Assembly (NCBI GenBank): GCA_017444005.1
Contig: JAFSXQ010000262.1
Coordinates: 1 to 39,487, forward strand
Source of the DNA: Bacteroidaceae bacterium
GTDB lineage: Bacteria; Bacteroidota; Bacteroidia; Bacteroidales; Bacteroidaceae
Length of the DNA stretch: 39,487 bases
Reading direction: 5' to 3'
Positions 14,070-23,633 of this stretch are shown here, piece after piece. A program made the position numbers and the translations under genes. The stretch's first letter is position 1. Each line of letters begins with the position of its first letter. Below the pieces are notes generated by a model. The model ran no database searches. It was not told the DNA's origin and was given only the letters and a program-made list of their open reading frames with translations.

Positions 14070-16325
14070 TCAGTTGGCGGTGGGGCCAATCTTGTCCTTC
14101 CACTGAATGTACCAGTTGTCGCGGTTGAGCAACTTGGCGCCGACGGTGGCATCGCGCTGCGAAATGGGAGTGGCCAGACGAGACGGGTCGTTGTACCACA
14201 GGGCGCGGCGCATGAGGTCGTAGAAGCGGTTGCCCTCGTAGGCGAGTTCCAGAGCCTGCTCGTCGAGGATGAGACGGTCGATGAGGTCCTGCTCGGTGCG
14301 GACGACATTGGGACTGGCGTAGGCAGCACGGTACCAGGTGTCGTAGGCGGCGAGGAAGTCGTCGAGGCGACCGTTGTAGGCATCAAGGTCGGCCAGATAG
14401 ACGGCATCCACGGCATTCCACTGGGCCTGGTAGTTGGGAACGGTCTCGGTGATGTAGACGTTGTAAGCGCCAACGGAGTCCTTCTCGACGTAGTTCTTAT
14501 AGGCACGTTCGAGAGCCGATGCGGTGAGCGTGGGGTTGATGGAGGCATAAACGTCCCTTTCGACCATCTCGTTGGGATACTTGTCCCAGGTGGAGGGCTT
14601 CTTCACCTCGCGCGGTGCACTGGGATAGTCGTAGTCGGTGCGGGCGGGACGAACACCAATGGCCTCTTCCTTGGCAAACGGATAGTCGGTGCTGTCGGGG
14701 GTGGCCAGCGGAGCATAGTTGGCATTCTTGAAAGGCAGGCCCGAACCGCGAGCGTGGATGCCCAGCATGTTGCAGTTGTCGGTGCTGCTGCGCAGACTGG
14801 GTTCACGACCCAGCACGACGCCCGAGGGCGAAAGCGTGACAGAATAACTCTGGGCATAGGGCAGGAAGTCGGTGGTGTTGAAGTCGAAGTACTGGATGAA
14901 GGCCGAGTCCTGAGCCGATGTGTAGTAGGGCTGCACCTCGTTCTCGATGACGGTGTTGGAGAGGCCCATCGTCAGGATCTGACGGGCAAAGCGGGGATAG
15001 CCGGCATAGTTGAGGGCCTCAGCCAGGCGCAGGTAGATCTGAGAAGCACGGTAGATGCCGATGTGCTGGTAGGCGTGCTTGTAGATGGACTGGTAGTCGA
15101 CGTCCTGCGAGTTGAGGTTGAAGGTGCGCTGGTAGTAAGTGTCCTGATAGCGCAGGTCGCCCAGATAGCCGCGGTTGATCTGGTCCTCGGTGAACTTGTC
15201 TGCCGTCACCTTCACGGTGAATCCGAATCCGTCCTGGTCGACGTAGTCCTGGGCCTGGCTCAACTGGAGCAGGAGTTTGCTGGGCTGGATGCTGGCCTCC
15301 TCGTAGTCACCGTCGTCGGTGGAGCGGGTATTGTAGAGCATGCGCAGTTCGTTGTAGTAGCCGTCGGCAGCGGCCGAGTCCATGGGGATGAACGTGATGG
15401 CCGGCTGGCGAGCCGTTCCCCAGTCGTTGCCGAAGCCGTAACTGAGCGAGCCGCTGGGCTGGCGGTAGGTGCCGTTGGTGAGGGTCTGCGTGGACCATTC
15501 CACACGGTCGTAGCCGGTGGTCAGGGGGCGCTTGCCGCTCTGGTCCCAGACGATGTAGTCGTAGTAGGCCTTAGCAGCCTGCTTGGCCAGTTCGGGATCC
15601 TGACGCTTGGCAGCCAGCCACAGATAGAGGTCGCCGGTGACGATCTGCGTGGGGAAGAAGCAGAGTTGCGGGTCGATGTGGGCATCGAAGGTGCCATAGT
15701 CGGGATAGGCCTTGCCGTAATAGGGCTTCAGGTCCTGGATGAAGTAGTCGCAAATCTGGTCGAGGTCGTACAGCGGATACTTGGCATCGGACTGGAGTTT
15801 CGTCACCACGGGCTCCGTGATGAACGGCACACGTCCGTAGAGGAGCACCATCTGCAGATAGGTCCAGGCGCGGATGCTGTGCACCTGTGCAATCTCGGAT
15901 GCGAAGTAGTATATGCCGCGGTTGGTGTTTCCGGCCAGCGAGTCGGCATGGGCCAGGAAGTAGTTGCAGTTGTTGATGACGGCATAGTAGTCGCGCGGCA
16001 CGTTGTAGGCATTGTCGTCGTCGACGGTGAGGTCGGCAATGCTCTTGAGGTCGGTGGTGGCATTGCTGCGAACCTCCACGAGGTCGGCCCGCAGTTCGCC
16101 AAACAGATTGTTGCGCACGGCGATGCTCTGCAGTTTGTTGAGAATGCCCACGACGGACGTCACCGTGTCGGCGGCATTGCCAATCATGTGGTTGTCGGCA
16201 TATATCACGTACTCATTGCCTTTGTCGAGCATGTCCTCGCAGGATGTGACACAGAGGGCTCCGAGAAGACAGAGGGCACAGAGGAGTGCGCTTGTCTTAT
16301 TATACATATACTTGATTGTGTTCAT
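14070..16325 (-). CDS. SusD/RagB-family nutrient-binding outer-membrane lipoprotein (large, 751 aa)
   Basis: Lipoprotein signal ...LGALCVTSCEDML. SusD-like segments include AQVHSIRAWTYLQMVLLYGRVPFI and IYRASQIYLRLAEALN. It lies immediately downstream of a SusC gene. An alternative start at M7 (16307) is possible. Confidence 0.9.
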   Translation of the reverse strand: MNTIKYMYNKTSALLCALCLLGALCVTSCEDMLDKGNEYVIYADNHMIGNAADTVTSVVGILNKLQSIAVRNNLFGELRADLVEVRSNATTDLKSIADLTVDDDNAYNVPRDYYAVINNCNYFLAHADSLAGNTNRGIYYFASEIAQVHSIRAWTYLQMVLLYGRVPFITEPVVTKLQSDAKYPLYDLDQICDYFIQDLKPYYGKAYPDYGTFDAHIDPQLCFFPTQIVTGDLYLWLAAKRQDPELAKQAAKAYYDYIVWDQSGKRPLTTGYDRVEWSTQTLTNGTYRQPSGSLSYGFGNDWGTARQPAITFIPMDSAAADGYYNELRMLYNTRSTDDGDYEEASIQPSKLLLQLSQAQDYVDQDGFGFTVKVTADKFTEDQINRGYLGDLRYQDTYYQRTFNLNSQDVDYQSIYKHAYQHIGIYRASQIYLRLAEALNYAGYPRFARQILTMGLSNTVIENEVQPYYTSAQDSAFIQYFDFNTTDFLPYAQSYSVTLSPSGVVLGREPSLRSSTDNCNMLGIHARGSGLPFKNANYAPLATPDSTDYPFAKEEAIGVRPARTDYDYPSAPREVKKPSTWDKYPNEMVERDVYASINPTLTASALERAYKNYVEKDSVGAYNVYITETVPNYQAQWNAVDAVYLADLDAYNGRLDDFLAAYDTWYRAAYASPNVVRTEQDLIDRLILDEQALELAYEGNRFYDLMRRALWYNDPSRLATPISQRDATVGAKLLNRDNWYIQWKDKIGPTAN

Positions 16326-16374
16326 AATTCCTTGTTCTTTATTATGAATTATGCATTATGAATTATGCATTGAA

Positions 16375-19300
16375 TTACAGGTTAATCTTCACGCCAAGGT
16401 GGAAACTGCGTCCCTGGGACAGGAGACCGCGGTCGATGCCCTGGGACAGCACGCTGTTGGACATGGAGAACTCGGGGTCGGTGCCCAGATACTTGGTGAA
16501 CGTCAGGAGGTTGTTGGCCTGGCCCCAGACGGTGATACCCTGGATGTAGGTGTTGTTGATGGGCAACTTGTAACTGAGGGTCAGCGTCTTCAGGCGCAGG
16601 TACGAGGCATCCTCAATCCAACGGTCGCTGAAGCGGCTGTTGCCCATGGGGTCGGCGTATGTGGCCTTGGGTATATCGGTCACCTGCCCCTCGTGAGTCC
16701 AGCGGTTCAGCATGGCTGTCGACTGGTTCATGAAGCGGCTGCCCGACTCGAGTTGCTGACGCATGTAGTTGTAGACTTCGCCGCCCAGCGAGTAGTTGAA
16801 GTTGACGTCGAGGGTCAGGTGCTTCCAACTGAGCGAGGTGAAGATGTTACCGTAGATGTCGGGCGTGGCATCGCCAATGATGGTGCGGTCGCGCTCATCG
16901 ATGCGGCTGTCGCCATTGAGGTCGAGGAACTTCACGTCGCCGGCGCCGTAGTAGGTCTTGGCACCCGTCTCGTCCTGCACGTACAGGCCCGAGGCCTTGG
17001 CCTCCTCCGATGTGCTGAAGACACCGTCGGTGCGGTAGCCGTAGAACGAGTTCACGCTGCCGCCCACCTGGCTGCGGATGGTGGCCCCCAGGATGTCGGT
17101 ATCGAGGTAGCGCTGGTTGTCGGGCAGCGAGGTCAGTTCGTTCACGTAGTGACCCATGCTGGCTCCGACCGTCCAGTTCCAGTTCTTGCGGGACAGGAGA
17201 TGGGCCGTGGCCGTGACGTCGAAGCCCTGGTTCTTCAGCGAGCCGCCGTTGCTCCAGTTATAGTCGAGACCGCTGACGAAGCCCAGTTCCTGGAAGGTCA
17301 GCAGGTGGTCGGTCCACGAGTGGAAATAGTTGAAGTTGATGCCGAGGCGGTTGTTCAGGCCCTTGAACTCGATGCCGGCATTGAAGCGCTTCGTGGTCTC
17401 CCACTGCAGTTCGGTGTTGCCGATGTTGCGCAGGGTCAGGCCAGCCACCTTGTTCAGGAACATGTTGCTGGTGAAATAGGTGCGCGATGCGTCGTAGACC
17501 ATGTTGTCGTTACCGCTCATGCCGAAGCCGGCTGTCAGTTTCAGGTAGTCGATGCCGGCGACGTCGAAGAACTTCTCGTTCGAAGCCACCCAACCGGCCT
17601 GGATGCTGGGGAATACGCCCCAGACAACGCCGCCGCACTTGAAACCGCCCTTGGCCTCACGGCCGAACTGCGAGTTGGACTCGATGGCCAGGGCACCCTC
17701 CAGATAGTAGCGGTTGGCATAGTTGTACTGTGCCTGGCCGTACCAGGTGATGGTGGCCATGTTCTCGCTGGTACCCGTAGAGGTTTTGTTCGATGTGCTG
17801 CCGATTGAGGGAATCTTGTCGTTACCGCTGTTCTTCTCGTTGTAGCCGTGCTGGGTGTTCAGCGAATAACTTTCGTTGATGTAGCGGAAGCCGCCCTGCA
17901 GGTGGATGTTGTGTCCCTTGTAGGAGTTCGTCCAGTCGAGTTTGGTGTCGCTGTTCACGGTGTTCTGCTTGCCATACTGCGAACCTATCTCGTTCTCCAT
18001 CTCGTTCTGCAACGCTGCCACGTAGTAACTGGGCACACCGTTGATGGGCACGTAGTACTTCTCGTTAGTGTTCAGCGACGTGTAACTGAACATCTCGCTC
18101 AGGTAGAGATGCTTGTTGAACTGGTACTTGGGCGTCACGATGAGGTTGACGTAGGAGTTGTCGAAATAGTTCTTGTTCTCAGCCGTTCCGTAGTGGTTGA
18201 TGGCAACGGGGTTGGCCAGACGGTAGTTGCTGGTACGCATGTTGGAGAGTTCGTCCAGGTAGTCCTCATCGACGATGTCGAGGTGGTTGTTGGTGATGTA
18301 ACCGATGCGGTTCACCCAGTCACCGACGAAGGAGTACGGACTCAGCATGGGACTCTTGGCAGCAGCCAGGAAGTTGGTGCTGGTGATGGACTTCTGGTCG
18401 TAGGTGTCAGGGGCACCCGTATCCATGAGTTTACGGGTCTGGTTGGTGTAGGCAGCGTCGAAACTCATCGACAGGGCCTTCGTAATCTTGATGTCGGTGT
18501 TGAAGCGGATGTTCAGGCGGTTGAAGTTGTTCTCCTTCAGCACGCTGTTGTCGTGGGTGTAGCCCACCGACAGCATGTAGTTGGCAATGTCGCCACCGCC
18601 CTGCACGCTCAGGCCGTAGTTCTGGGTCACGGCCTCGCTGTAGAGGTGGTCGGCCCAGTTGGTATTGTTGTTGTACTTGGGAGCCCAATACTCGTTGTTG
18701 AGGAACTTGAAACTGTTGGCCTGCGTTCCGGTGCTCTGCAGGAGGCCCGAGGCGTAGGTCTTGTACTGGCTGCCGTTCATCACGTCGTACATGCTGGGCA
18801 GCAGTTCCACGCCCACGTTGACCGAGGCCTCGATGCGCGTGGCCTGCGACGTATTGCGCTTCGTCTTGATGAAGATGACGCCGTTGGCACCCTTGGCACC
18901 ATAGAGGGCCGTACCGTTGGACATCACCTCGACGCTCTCCACGTCATTGGCGTTGATGTTGGTGAGCACGTCGTTGAAGTAACCGGTATGAATCATCTGG
19001 CGGCCATACTGCTGGTCGATGATGACACCGTCCAGCACGATGAGGGGCTGCGAGTTGCTCTGCAGCGAGTTCACGCCGCCGATGTTCATGTAGTTGCCCA
19101 CGGCCAGGGCACCGCTGCGTGCCACCGTGTGGACGTTGGCAGCCAGTTGGTTGCCCACCTCCGACGTGATGTTACGGGCAGCGGTGAACTCCGTAGAGCC
19201 CGTCCGCACGTTGTTCAGCACATTGTCGTCGGCGCGATACAGGGGACGGGCAGCGTCGCTCTGCATCACTATCTCGCGCAACTGGCCCGACTTGTTCAGG

Positions 19301-19626
19301 CCCACGCGAACCATATTGTAACCGGGGATGGTGACCGTGACGGCGCTGCTGTAGAGGGGAACCTGCATCTTGAACGTACCGTCCTCCTCGGTCAGGGTCG
19401 AATAGCCTTCGCCGGCAACGGACTGCACCAGCACACCGACCAGCGGTTCGCGGGTAGCCTGGCTGACGACACGTCCCTGTATGGTGCGTGTCGGCTCCTG
19501 CTTCTTCGCCTTGCGAACCTGAACCACAGACGCATTCTCCTGCACGGTTTCCTCTTCCTCCTGAGCGAAGAGGCTCAGGGGCGAAACCATCAAGAGGGAT
19601 AGGAATAGAATATTTATGTTTTTCAT
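16375..19626 (-). CDS. SusC/RagA-family TonB-dependent outer-membrane transporter
   Basis: 1083 aa. Signal peptide, then a carboxypeptidase-regulatory-like domain (IQGRVVSQATREPLVGVLVQSVAGEGYSTLTEEDGTFKMQVP). Plug motifs (VLDGVIID, ALYGAKGANGVIFIKTKR) and a long beta-barrel region follow. No STN domain precedes the CarbopepD-like domain. Confidence 0.95.
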   Translation of the reverse strand: MKNINILFLSLLMVSPLSLFAQEEEETVQENASVVQVRKAKKQEPTRTIQGRVVSQATREPLVGVLVQSVAGEGYSTLTEEDGTFKMQVPLYSSAVTVTIPGYNMVRVGLNKSGQLREIVMQSDAARPLYRADDNVLNNVRTGSTEFTAARNITSEVGNQLAANVHTVARSGALAVGNYMNIGGVNSLQSNSQPLIVLDGVIIDQQYGRQMIHTGYFNDVLTNINANDVESVEVMSNGTALYGAKGANGVIFIKTKRNTSQATRIEASVNVGVELLPSMYDVMNGSQYKTYASGLLQSTGTQANSFKFLNNEYWAPKYNNNTNWADHLYSEAVTQNYGLSVQGGGDIANYMLSVGYTHDNSVLKENNFNRLNIRFNTDIKITKALSMSFDAAYTNQTRKLMDTGAPDTYDQKSITSTNFLAAAKSPMLSPYSFVGDWVNRIGYITNNHLDIVDEDYLDELSNMRTSNYRLANPVAINHYGTAENKNYFDNSYVNLIVTPKYQFNKHLYLSEMFSYTSLNTNEKYYVPINGVPSYYVAALQNEMENEIGSQYGKQNTVNSDTKLDWTNSYKGHNIHLQGGFRYINESYSLNTQHGYNEKNSGNDKIPSIGSTSNKTSTGTSENMATITWYGQAQYNYANRYYLEGALAIESNSQFGREAKGGFKCGGVVWGVFPSIQAGWVASNEKFFDVAGIDYLKLTAGFGMSGNDNMVYDASRTYFTSNMFLNKVAGLTLRNIGNTELQWETTKRFNAGIEFKGLNNRLGINFNYFHSWTDHLLTFQELGFVSGLDYNWSNGGSLKNQGFDVTATAHLLSRKNWNWTVGASMGHYVNELTSLPDNQRYLDTDILGATIRSQVGGSVNSFYGYRTDGVFSTSEEAKASGLYVQDETGAKTYYGAGDVKFLDLNGDSRIDERDRTIIGDATPDIYGNIFTSLSWKHLTLDVNFNYSLGGEVYNYMRQQLESGSRFMNQSTAMLNRWTHEGQVTDIPKATYADPMGNSRFSDRWIEDASYLRLKTLTLSYKLPINNTYIQGITVWGQANNLLTFTKYLGTDPEFSMSNSVLSQGIDRGLLSQGRSFHLGVKINL

Positions 19627-19632
19627 GTCGTA

Positions 19633-21441
19633 TTAATTTTCCTTATTAGCTTCCAGTAATTCATCGTTAAACGCATCCAGGTCGTCGGCAGCAGCCTCGG
19701 CCTCCTCCTTGGTCTCGAAGGGAACCAGGATGAACTCGCACAGGCTGAGCGTACGCGTGTAGATGACGTTGAGTTTCTTTGGGCTGCTGGGGCCCATAGA
19801 CCTTACGATCAATTTCACCACTCCGTCGTCCAGTCCGGCGCTGGAATAGGGGAACTGGACAGCCTTCTGCACCAGCAGGGTGTCGGTGTCGTCCCCAGCA
19901 TTCGTCACGAAACAGGTGGAGTTCTTCGACAGGCTCAGGATTTCGTCCACATTTTCCACGTCGCTCTCGGCGGTGATGGGATGGGGATTGTCCCAGTACT
20001 GCTCCGTGGGGAAGGTGCCGCGGGCATTCTTCTCGCTGTGTCCCACCTGGAACCAGTTGGGCAGATCCTGGCCCATGGTCACGATATAGATGTTGTAATA
20101 GGCACCGGACAGGATGCTGGGCAGGGTGTACGTGATTTTCGACTGATCGCCGGAATTCGTTGCGGCCACCGTGATGTACTCGGTTGTCTTCGTCACCTCC
20201 TGGGTGGAGTCGGCGTAATAGACACTGCGATATCGGGTCCAGCGGTTGACGCTCATCGTCTCCACGTTGGCCGTATTCTTCGGCACCTCATAGTACGTGG
20301 CAAGGGTTGCCAGCAGGTCGGTGCGGCCAAAGAAGGTGGTGTGGGGGTCAATCACGCCCTTGTTGTCGATGTAGACTTCACCGTTCGAGCACGTAACCTT
20401 CTCCAGGCCGTTCAAGATGGTCTCGTAGGGCTTGTAGTAAACGTTCGTGCGCGGGTTGTGGTTCTGACGCTCGAAGTAATGCGTATTCACCAGCGAATCC
20501 TGCGGATTGCGGTTGTACTTGAAGTTGGGGCTCGTGTTGAAGAAGCGTCCACGCAAGATGCTCCAACGGGTGTAGTACTCGGCCAGCGAGTCGGAGTTGG
20601 CCACCGAGGGGTCATAGACATAGTACTGGCGATACTTGTCGTAGAGTTGCCGCCAAACCTCGTCGGTGGGTGCCAACAGGGTGTAGACGCTGTCCTCGCG
20701 CTGGATGTAGCCCAGCGAACTGAGCAGGTCGTTGGTGAGGACGGTCACGGAGTCGAGGTAGACGGACTTACCGTCCTCCACGCCACCGGCCACCGACGAC
20801 TTCTCGTCCAGTTCATACTCGTCGAAGCCCTTTATCATCTGCACGAGGCTGTCCAGGCCTTCGCGCTTCTCGATGTACTCGCGCACATTGGGGAAGAAGG
20901 GCTGGATGCCGTTGGTCTTGTACAGGATGCCGTTGTTGCTGAGGACGGCGTCGTCGAAGGCGTTTCCGTTCAGCGTGCCGGTCTTGTCGCTCGTGCCGAT
21001 CAGGTGCATATACTTCTTGTTCAGCATGGCCACCGTGTCGTCGGTCAGCGAGGAGATGGGGCGGGCATACAGGGCCACATGGTTCTGGTAGAACTGCGTG
21101 ATGGCCTTGTTGTCCTCCTTCTTCAGGCCGGCAGCCTTGTCGGCCTCGTACACGGCAATGATGCTGTCGGCCTGGGCATTGGTCAGGTTACGCGGAGCCC
21201 ACACGGTCAACTGCTGGGCAGCACCGAGTGCATCGGACATGCCGATAGCATTCACCACCCGGTAGAAGTTCGACAGCGAGGCATCGCTCTGGATGTTCTG
21301 GAGCAGCGAGGGCTGGTCAGCCATGCCTCCGTCGGTCACGTCGTAGTGCTCGCTCCACGAGTCGGCGCAGGACGACCAGAACAGCGGAGTCCCGGCCAGC
21401 ACCACGGCTGCTGCTATCTTATATATTCTTTTTGTTTTCAT
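19633..21441 (-). CDS. fasciclin (FAS1) domain-containing surface lipoprotein
   Basis: The likely start is ATG at 21439-21441 (MKTKRIYKIAAAVVLAGTPLFWSSCADS, a lipobox); the ORF-track start at 21486 is an upstream extension. FAS1 H1-like motif: LTVWAPRNL. H2-like motif: LSNNGILYKTNGI. Confidence 0.8.
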   Translation of the reverse strand: MKTKRIYKIAAAVVLAGTPLFWSSCADSWSEHYDVTDGGMADQPSLLQNIQSDASLSNFYRVVNAIGMSDALGAAQQLTVWAPRNLTNAQADSIIAVYEADKAAGLKKEDNKAITQFYQNHVALYARPISSLTDDTVAMLNKKYMHLIGTSDKTGTLNGNAFDDAVLSNNGILYKTNGIQPFFPNVREYIEKREGLDSLVQMIKGFDEYELDEKSSVAGGVEDGKSVYLDSVTVLTNDLLSSLGYIQREDSVYTLLAPTDEVWRQLYDKYRQYYVYDPSVANSDSLAEYYTRWSILRGRFFNTSPNFKYNRNPQDSLVNTHYFERQNHNPRTNVYYKPYETILNGLEKVTCSNGEVYIDNKGVIDPHTTFFGRTDLLATLATYYEVPKNTANVETMSVNRWTRYRSVYYADSTQEVTKTTEYITVAATNSGDQSKITYTLPSILSGAYYNIYIVTMGQDLPNWFQVGHSEKNARGTFPTEQYWDNPHPITAESDVENVDEILSLSKNSTCFVTNAGDDTDTLLVQKAVQFPYSSAGLDDGVVKLIVRSMGPSSPKKLNVIYTRTLSLCEFILVPFETKEEAEAAADDLDAFNDELLEANKEN

Positions 21442-21494
21442 AAACTTTGAATTACGAAATGCGAAATACGGAATTTCAATTTTCAATTTTCAAT

Positions 21495-23633
21495 TTAATA
21501 GTCGTCCTCTGCACGTCCTTCACCCTCGACGCCATACACGCTCTTGGGGACAAGTTCGAGGTAGTCGAGCATAATCAGTGCCGTACCGACGGCCCAGATG
21601 CTCTTGATGCGGATCTTGTGGCGGACATGTTCCTCCAGCGTCTCCGTGGACAGCACATAGCGCACCGTGCGCGGGTTGTCGCTGAATATCTGGGCCACAT
21701 TGCCCAGGGCGTCGCGTCCGTCCTTGTGTCCGGCAGTGGCATTGAACACGCCCTTCGGACCATGATACCAGCCCAGGTTGTGCATGTTCTTCTTGGCAGC
21801 CTCGCGCTCCTCGCTGGTGTAACTGCTTCCGTCCAGGGTGGACAGGGGCACGTAACCCGTGCGCATCTCGAAGTTGGTGTCGCGCTCGTCGAAGGGCACG
21901 CCCTTGGGTTCGCCGTCCAGGTAGAACTGGCAGATACCGCGGGTGGGCATGTCGGCAAAGCCGAGACGAATCTGGTAGGTGCCCGTGGGCACGCTGGGCA
22001 GATAGAACTCTACGTCGTAACTGTTCACGTCGGAGCAGCAGTTGAACTCGTCGCCCTCGTAACTCCAGTATGTGTTGCGCGCACCCTGATAGAGGAAGAA
22101 GCCGTCGGTGTTCACCTTCACGCCATCCAGGTAGCCGTTGGGCAGGATGTAGTTGCGGGCCGGCGATGCGGGGTCCTCACTCGAAGTCGTAGTGTGGGTC
22201 TCGTCGTAGTTGCGCAGGTTGTTGCTCAGCATCTCGGGGAAGCAGTCGATGATGTCGAAACGGATACGTGTGTTGAATATCTCGTTCTTCGTCTCCTCGC
22301 TGTAGTCCACCAGGCCGTCGATGAGGAAGTAGGTACCGTTGCGGGCATTCTGGTCGTAGCCGGATTCGCTGTCGGGACGGTTGACGTGCACGCCCGGCCA
22401 GTGAACGTTCGAGCGGTTGTTGTCGCTACGGTTGAGGTACATCTCGTCCTCCACGCCGCCGTAGACGCGCATCTCGGCAGCCGACTTCATGCGGGTAATC
22501 TTGATGGTGGTCAGCGTGTCCATCGTCGAATACCACTCGACGGGGTTCACGTAGGCCTTCGTGTCGTTGGTCTTGATGCTGCAGAGCGAGGTGTAGTGGT
22601 CGTACGACTGTGCGAACGGCAGGCAGTGGTAACTGATCAGGCGGTGCAGCGGGTTCTGCGGGTCGGTGAAGTCGAGCGTCGCGGAATAGTCGGGGCCGCC
22701 GTAGATGCCCTTGGCATAGTTGTAGAGGCCCTGTACGTCGGTGATGCCGTACTGCGTGGCCAGCACCTCATCGGGGCAGGCAAAGACGGTGAACTTGTAG
22801 TCGCGCGTCTCGGGCACATAGCAGTAGTTCCACTGGGCACCCGAATAGATGCGCTTGCCGTGGTAGGGTTCATACTCCTCCTTGTCGGGGTCCCACGTTT
22901 CGTCCTTGATGTGGTTGGCGATGTACTCGGCCAGGCCGGTCAGGGTGAGGGCCTCGGAGAAGAGTTTCACACGCTCGTCCTGTGCCATCAGGTCGGCCAC
23001 CGTCTTGTTCGACGAGGAGAGCACGGCGTTGATGGTGTGCACGATGCCGTTGTCCACCGAGTCGTTGGCGTGGGTGATGATGCCGGTGCCGCCGATGCGG
23101 TACGATGCGGCCGAGTCCACCCATTCGAGCGACAGGTAGCGTCCGTTCATGTTCACGGGCAGGTCGGCCGACTTGGCCTCACCCAGCAGTTCCGTGAAGT
23201 CGGCCTCGCTGTAGGGGTGTGCCTCGGTGCTGACACCGCTGTTGATGAGGTGTGTGCGGGCAATGGTGTCGCACACGTCCACGGGGATTTCCTCGATGCT
23301 GTTGTAGCCGTTCTCGGCCAGATAGGCATTCACTGCTGCGTTCGTCGGTGCGAAGCAGGTGTACTTGCCGTAGGTGGCCAGCAGGTCCATGATGTTCACG
23401 CCGCGCTGGCTGCCGGCGGCACGGTTGACGATGGCCGTGAACTGGCTGTAGTTGTTGTTATCCTTCAGGTAGTCGCTCATCAACTGCCCGGTGTAGGAGT
23501 AGTAACTGTCGGCCGGGATATCGTCGCTGCAGGCACCGAACGACAAGGCCATCAGACCCGTCATGCCCATGACGAGCCAGGCGTAAATATACTTCGATAC
23601 GTTTTTCATATACTTCATGGTTTTATTCCGCAT
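21495..23633 (-). CDS. fasciclin (FAS1) domain-containing surface lipoprotein
   Basis: Lipobox ...LMALSFGACSDD. Classical FAS1 motifs are present: YTCFAPTNAAVNAYL (H1) and VDNGIVHTINAVL (H2). Alternative starts at 23618 or 23609 would remove the 11-bp overlap with the upstream SusD stop. Confidence 0.85.
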   Translation of the reverse strand: MRNKTMKYMKNVSKYIYAWLVMGMTGLMALSFGACSDDIPADSYYSYTGQLMSDYLKDNNNYSQFTAIVNRAAGSQRGVNIMDLLATYGKYTCFAPTNAAVNAYLAENGYNSIEEIPVDVCDTIARTHLINSGVSTEAHPYSEADFTELLGEAKSADLPVNMNGRYLSLEWVDSAASYRIGGTGIITHANDSVDNGIVHTINAVLSSSNKTVADLMAQDERVKLFSEALTLTGLAEYIANHIKDETWDPDKEEYEPYHGKRIYSGAQWNYCYVPETRDYKFTVFACPDEVLATQYGITDVQGLYNYAKGIYGGPDYSATLDFTDPQNPLHRLISYHCLPFAQSYDHYTSLCSIKTNDTKAYVNPVEWYSTMDTLTTIKITRMKSAAEMRVYGGVEDEMYLNRSDNNRSNVHWPGVHVNRPDSESGYDQNARNGTYFLIDGLVDYSEETKNEIFNTRIRFDIIDCFPEMLSNNLRNYDETHTTTSSEDPASPARNYILPNGYLDGVKVNTDGFFLYQGARNTYWSYEGDEFNCCSDVNSYDVEFYLPSVPTGTYQIRLGFADMPTRGICQFYLDGEPKGVPFDERDTNFEMRTGYVPLSTLDGSSYTSEEREAAKKNMHNLGWYHGPKGVFNATAGHKDGRDALGNVAQIFSDNPRTVRYVLSTETLEEHVRHKIRIKSIWAVGTALIMLDYLELVPKSVYGVEGEGRAEDDY

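Noticed and set aside
16341-16368. Perfect 14-bp tandem duplication (ATTATGAATTATGC x2) in the SusC-SusD spacer.
   Set aside because: It is a short AT-rich intergenic slippage product inside an operon, with only two copies and no dyad symmetry. I see no basis for a functional claim.
21474-21496. 7-bp tandem repeat (TTCAATT x3) between the two FAS1 genes, overlapping the stop codon of the upstream one.
   Set aside because: It is a low-complexity AT-rich spacer. It is too short and simple to distinguish from replication slippage.
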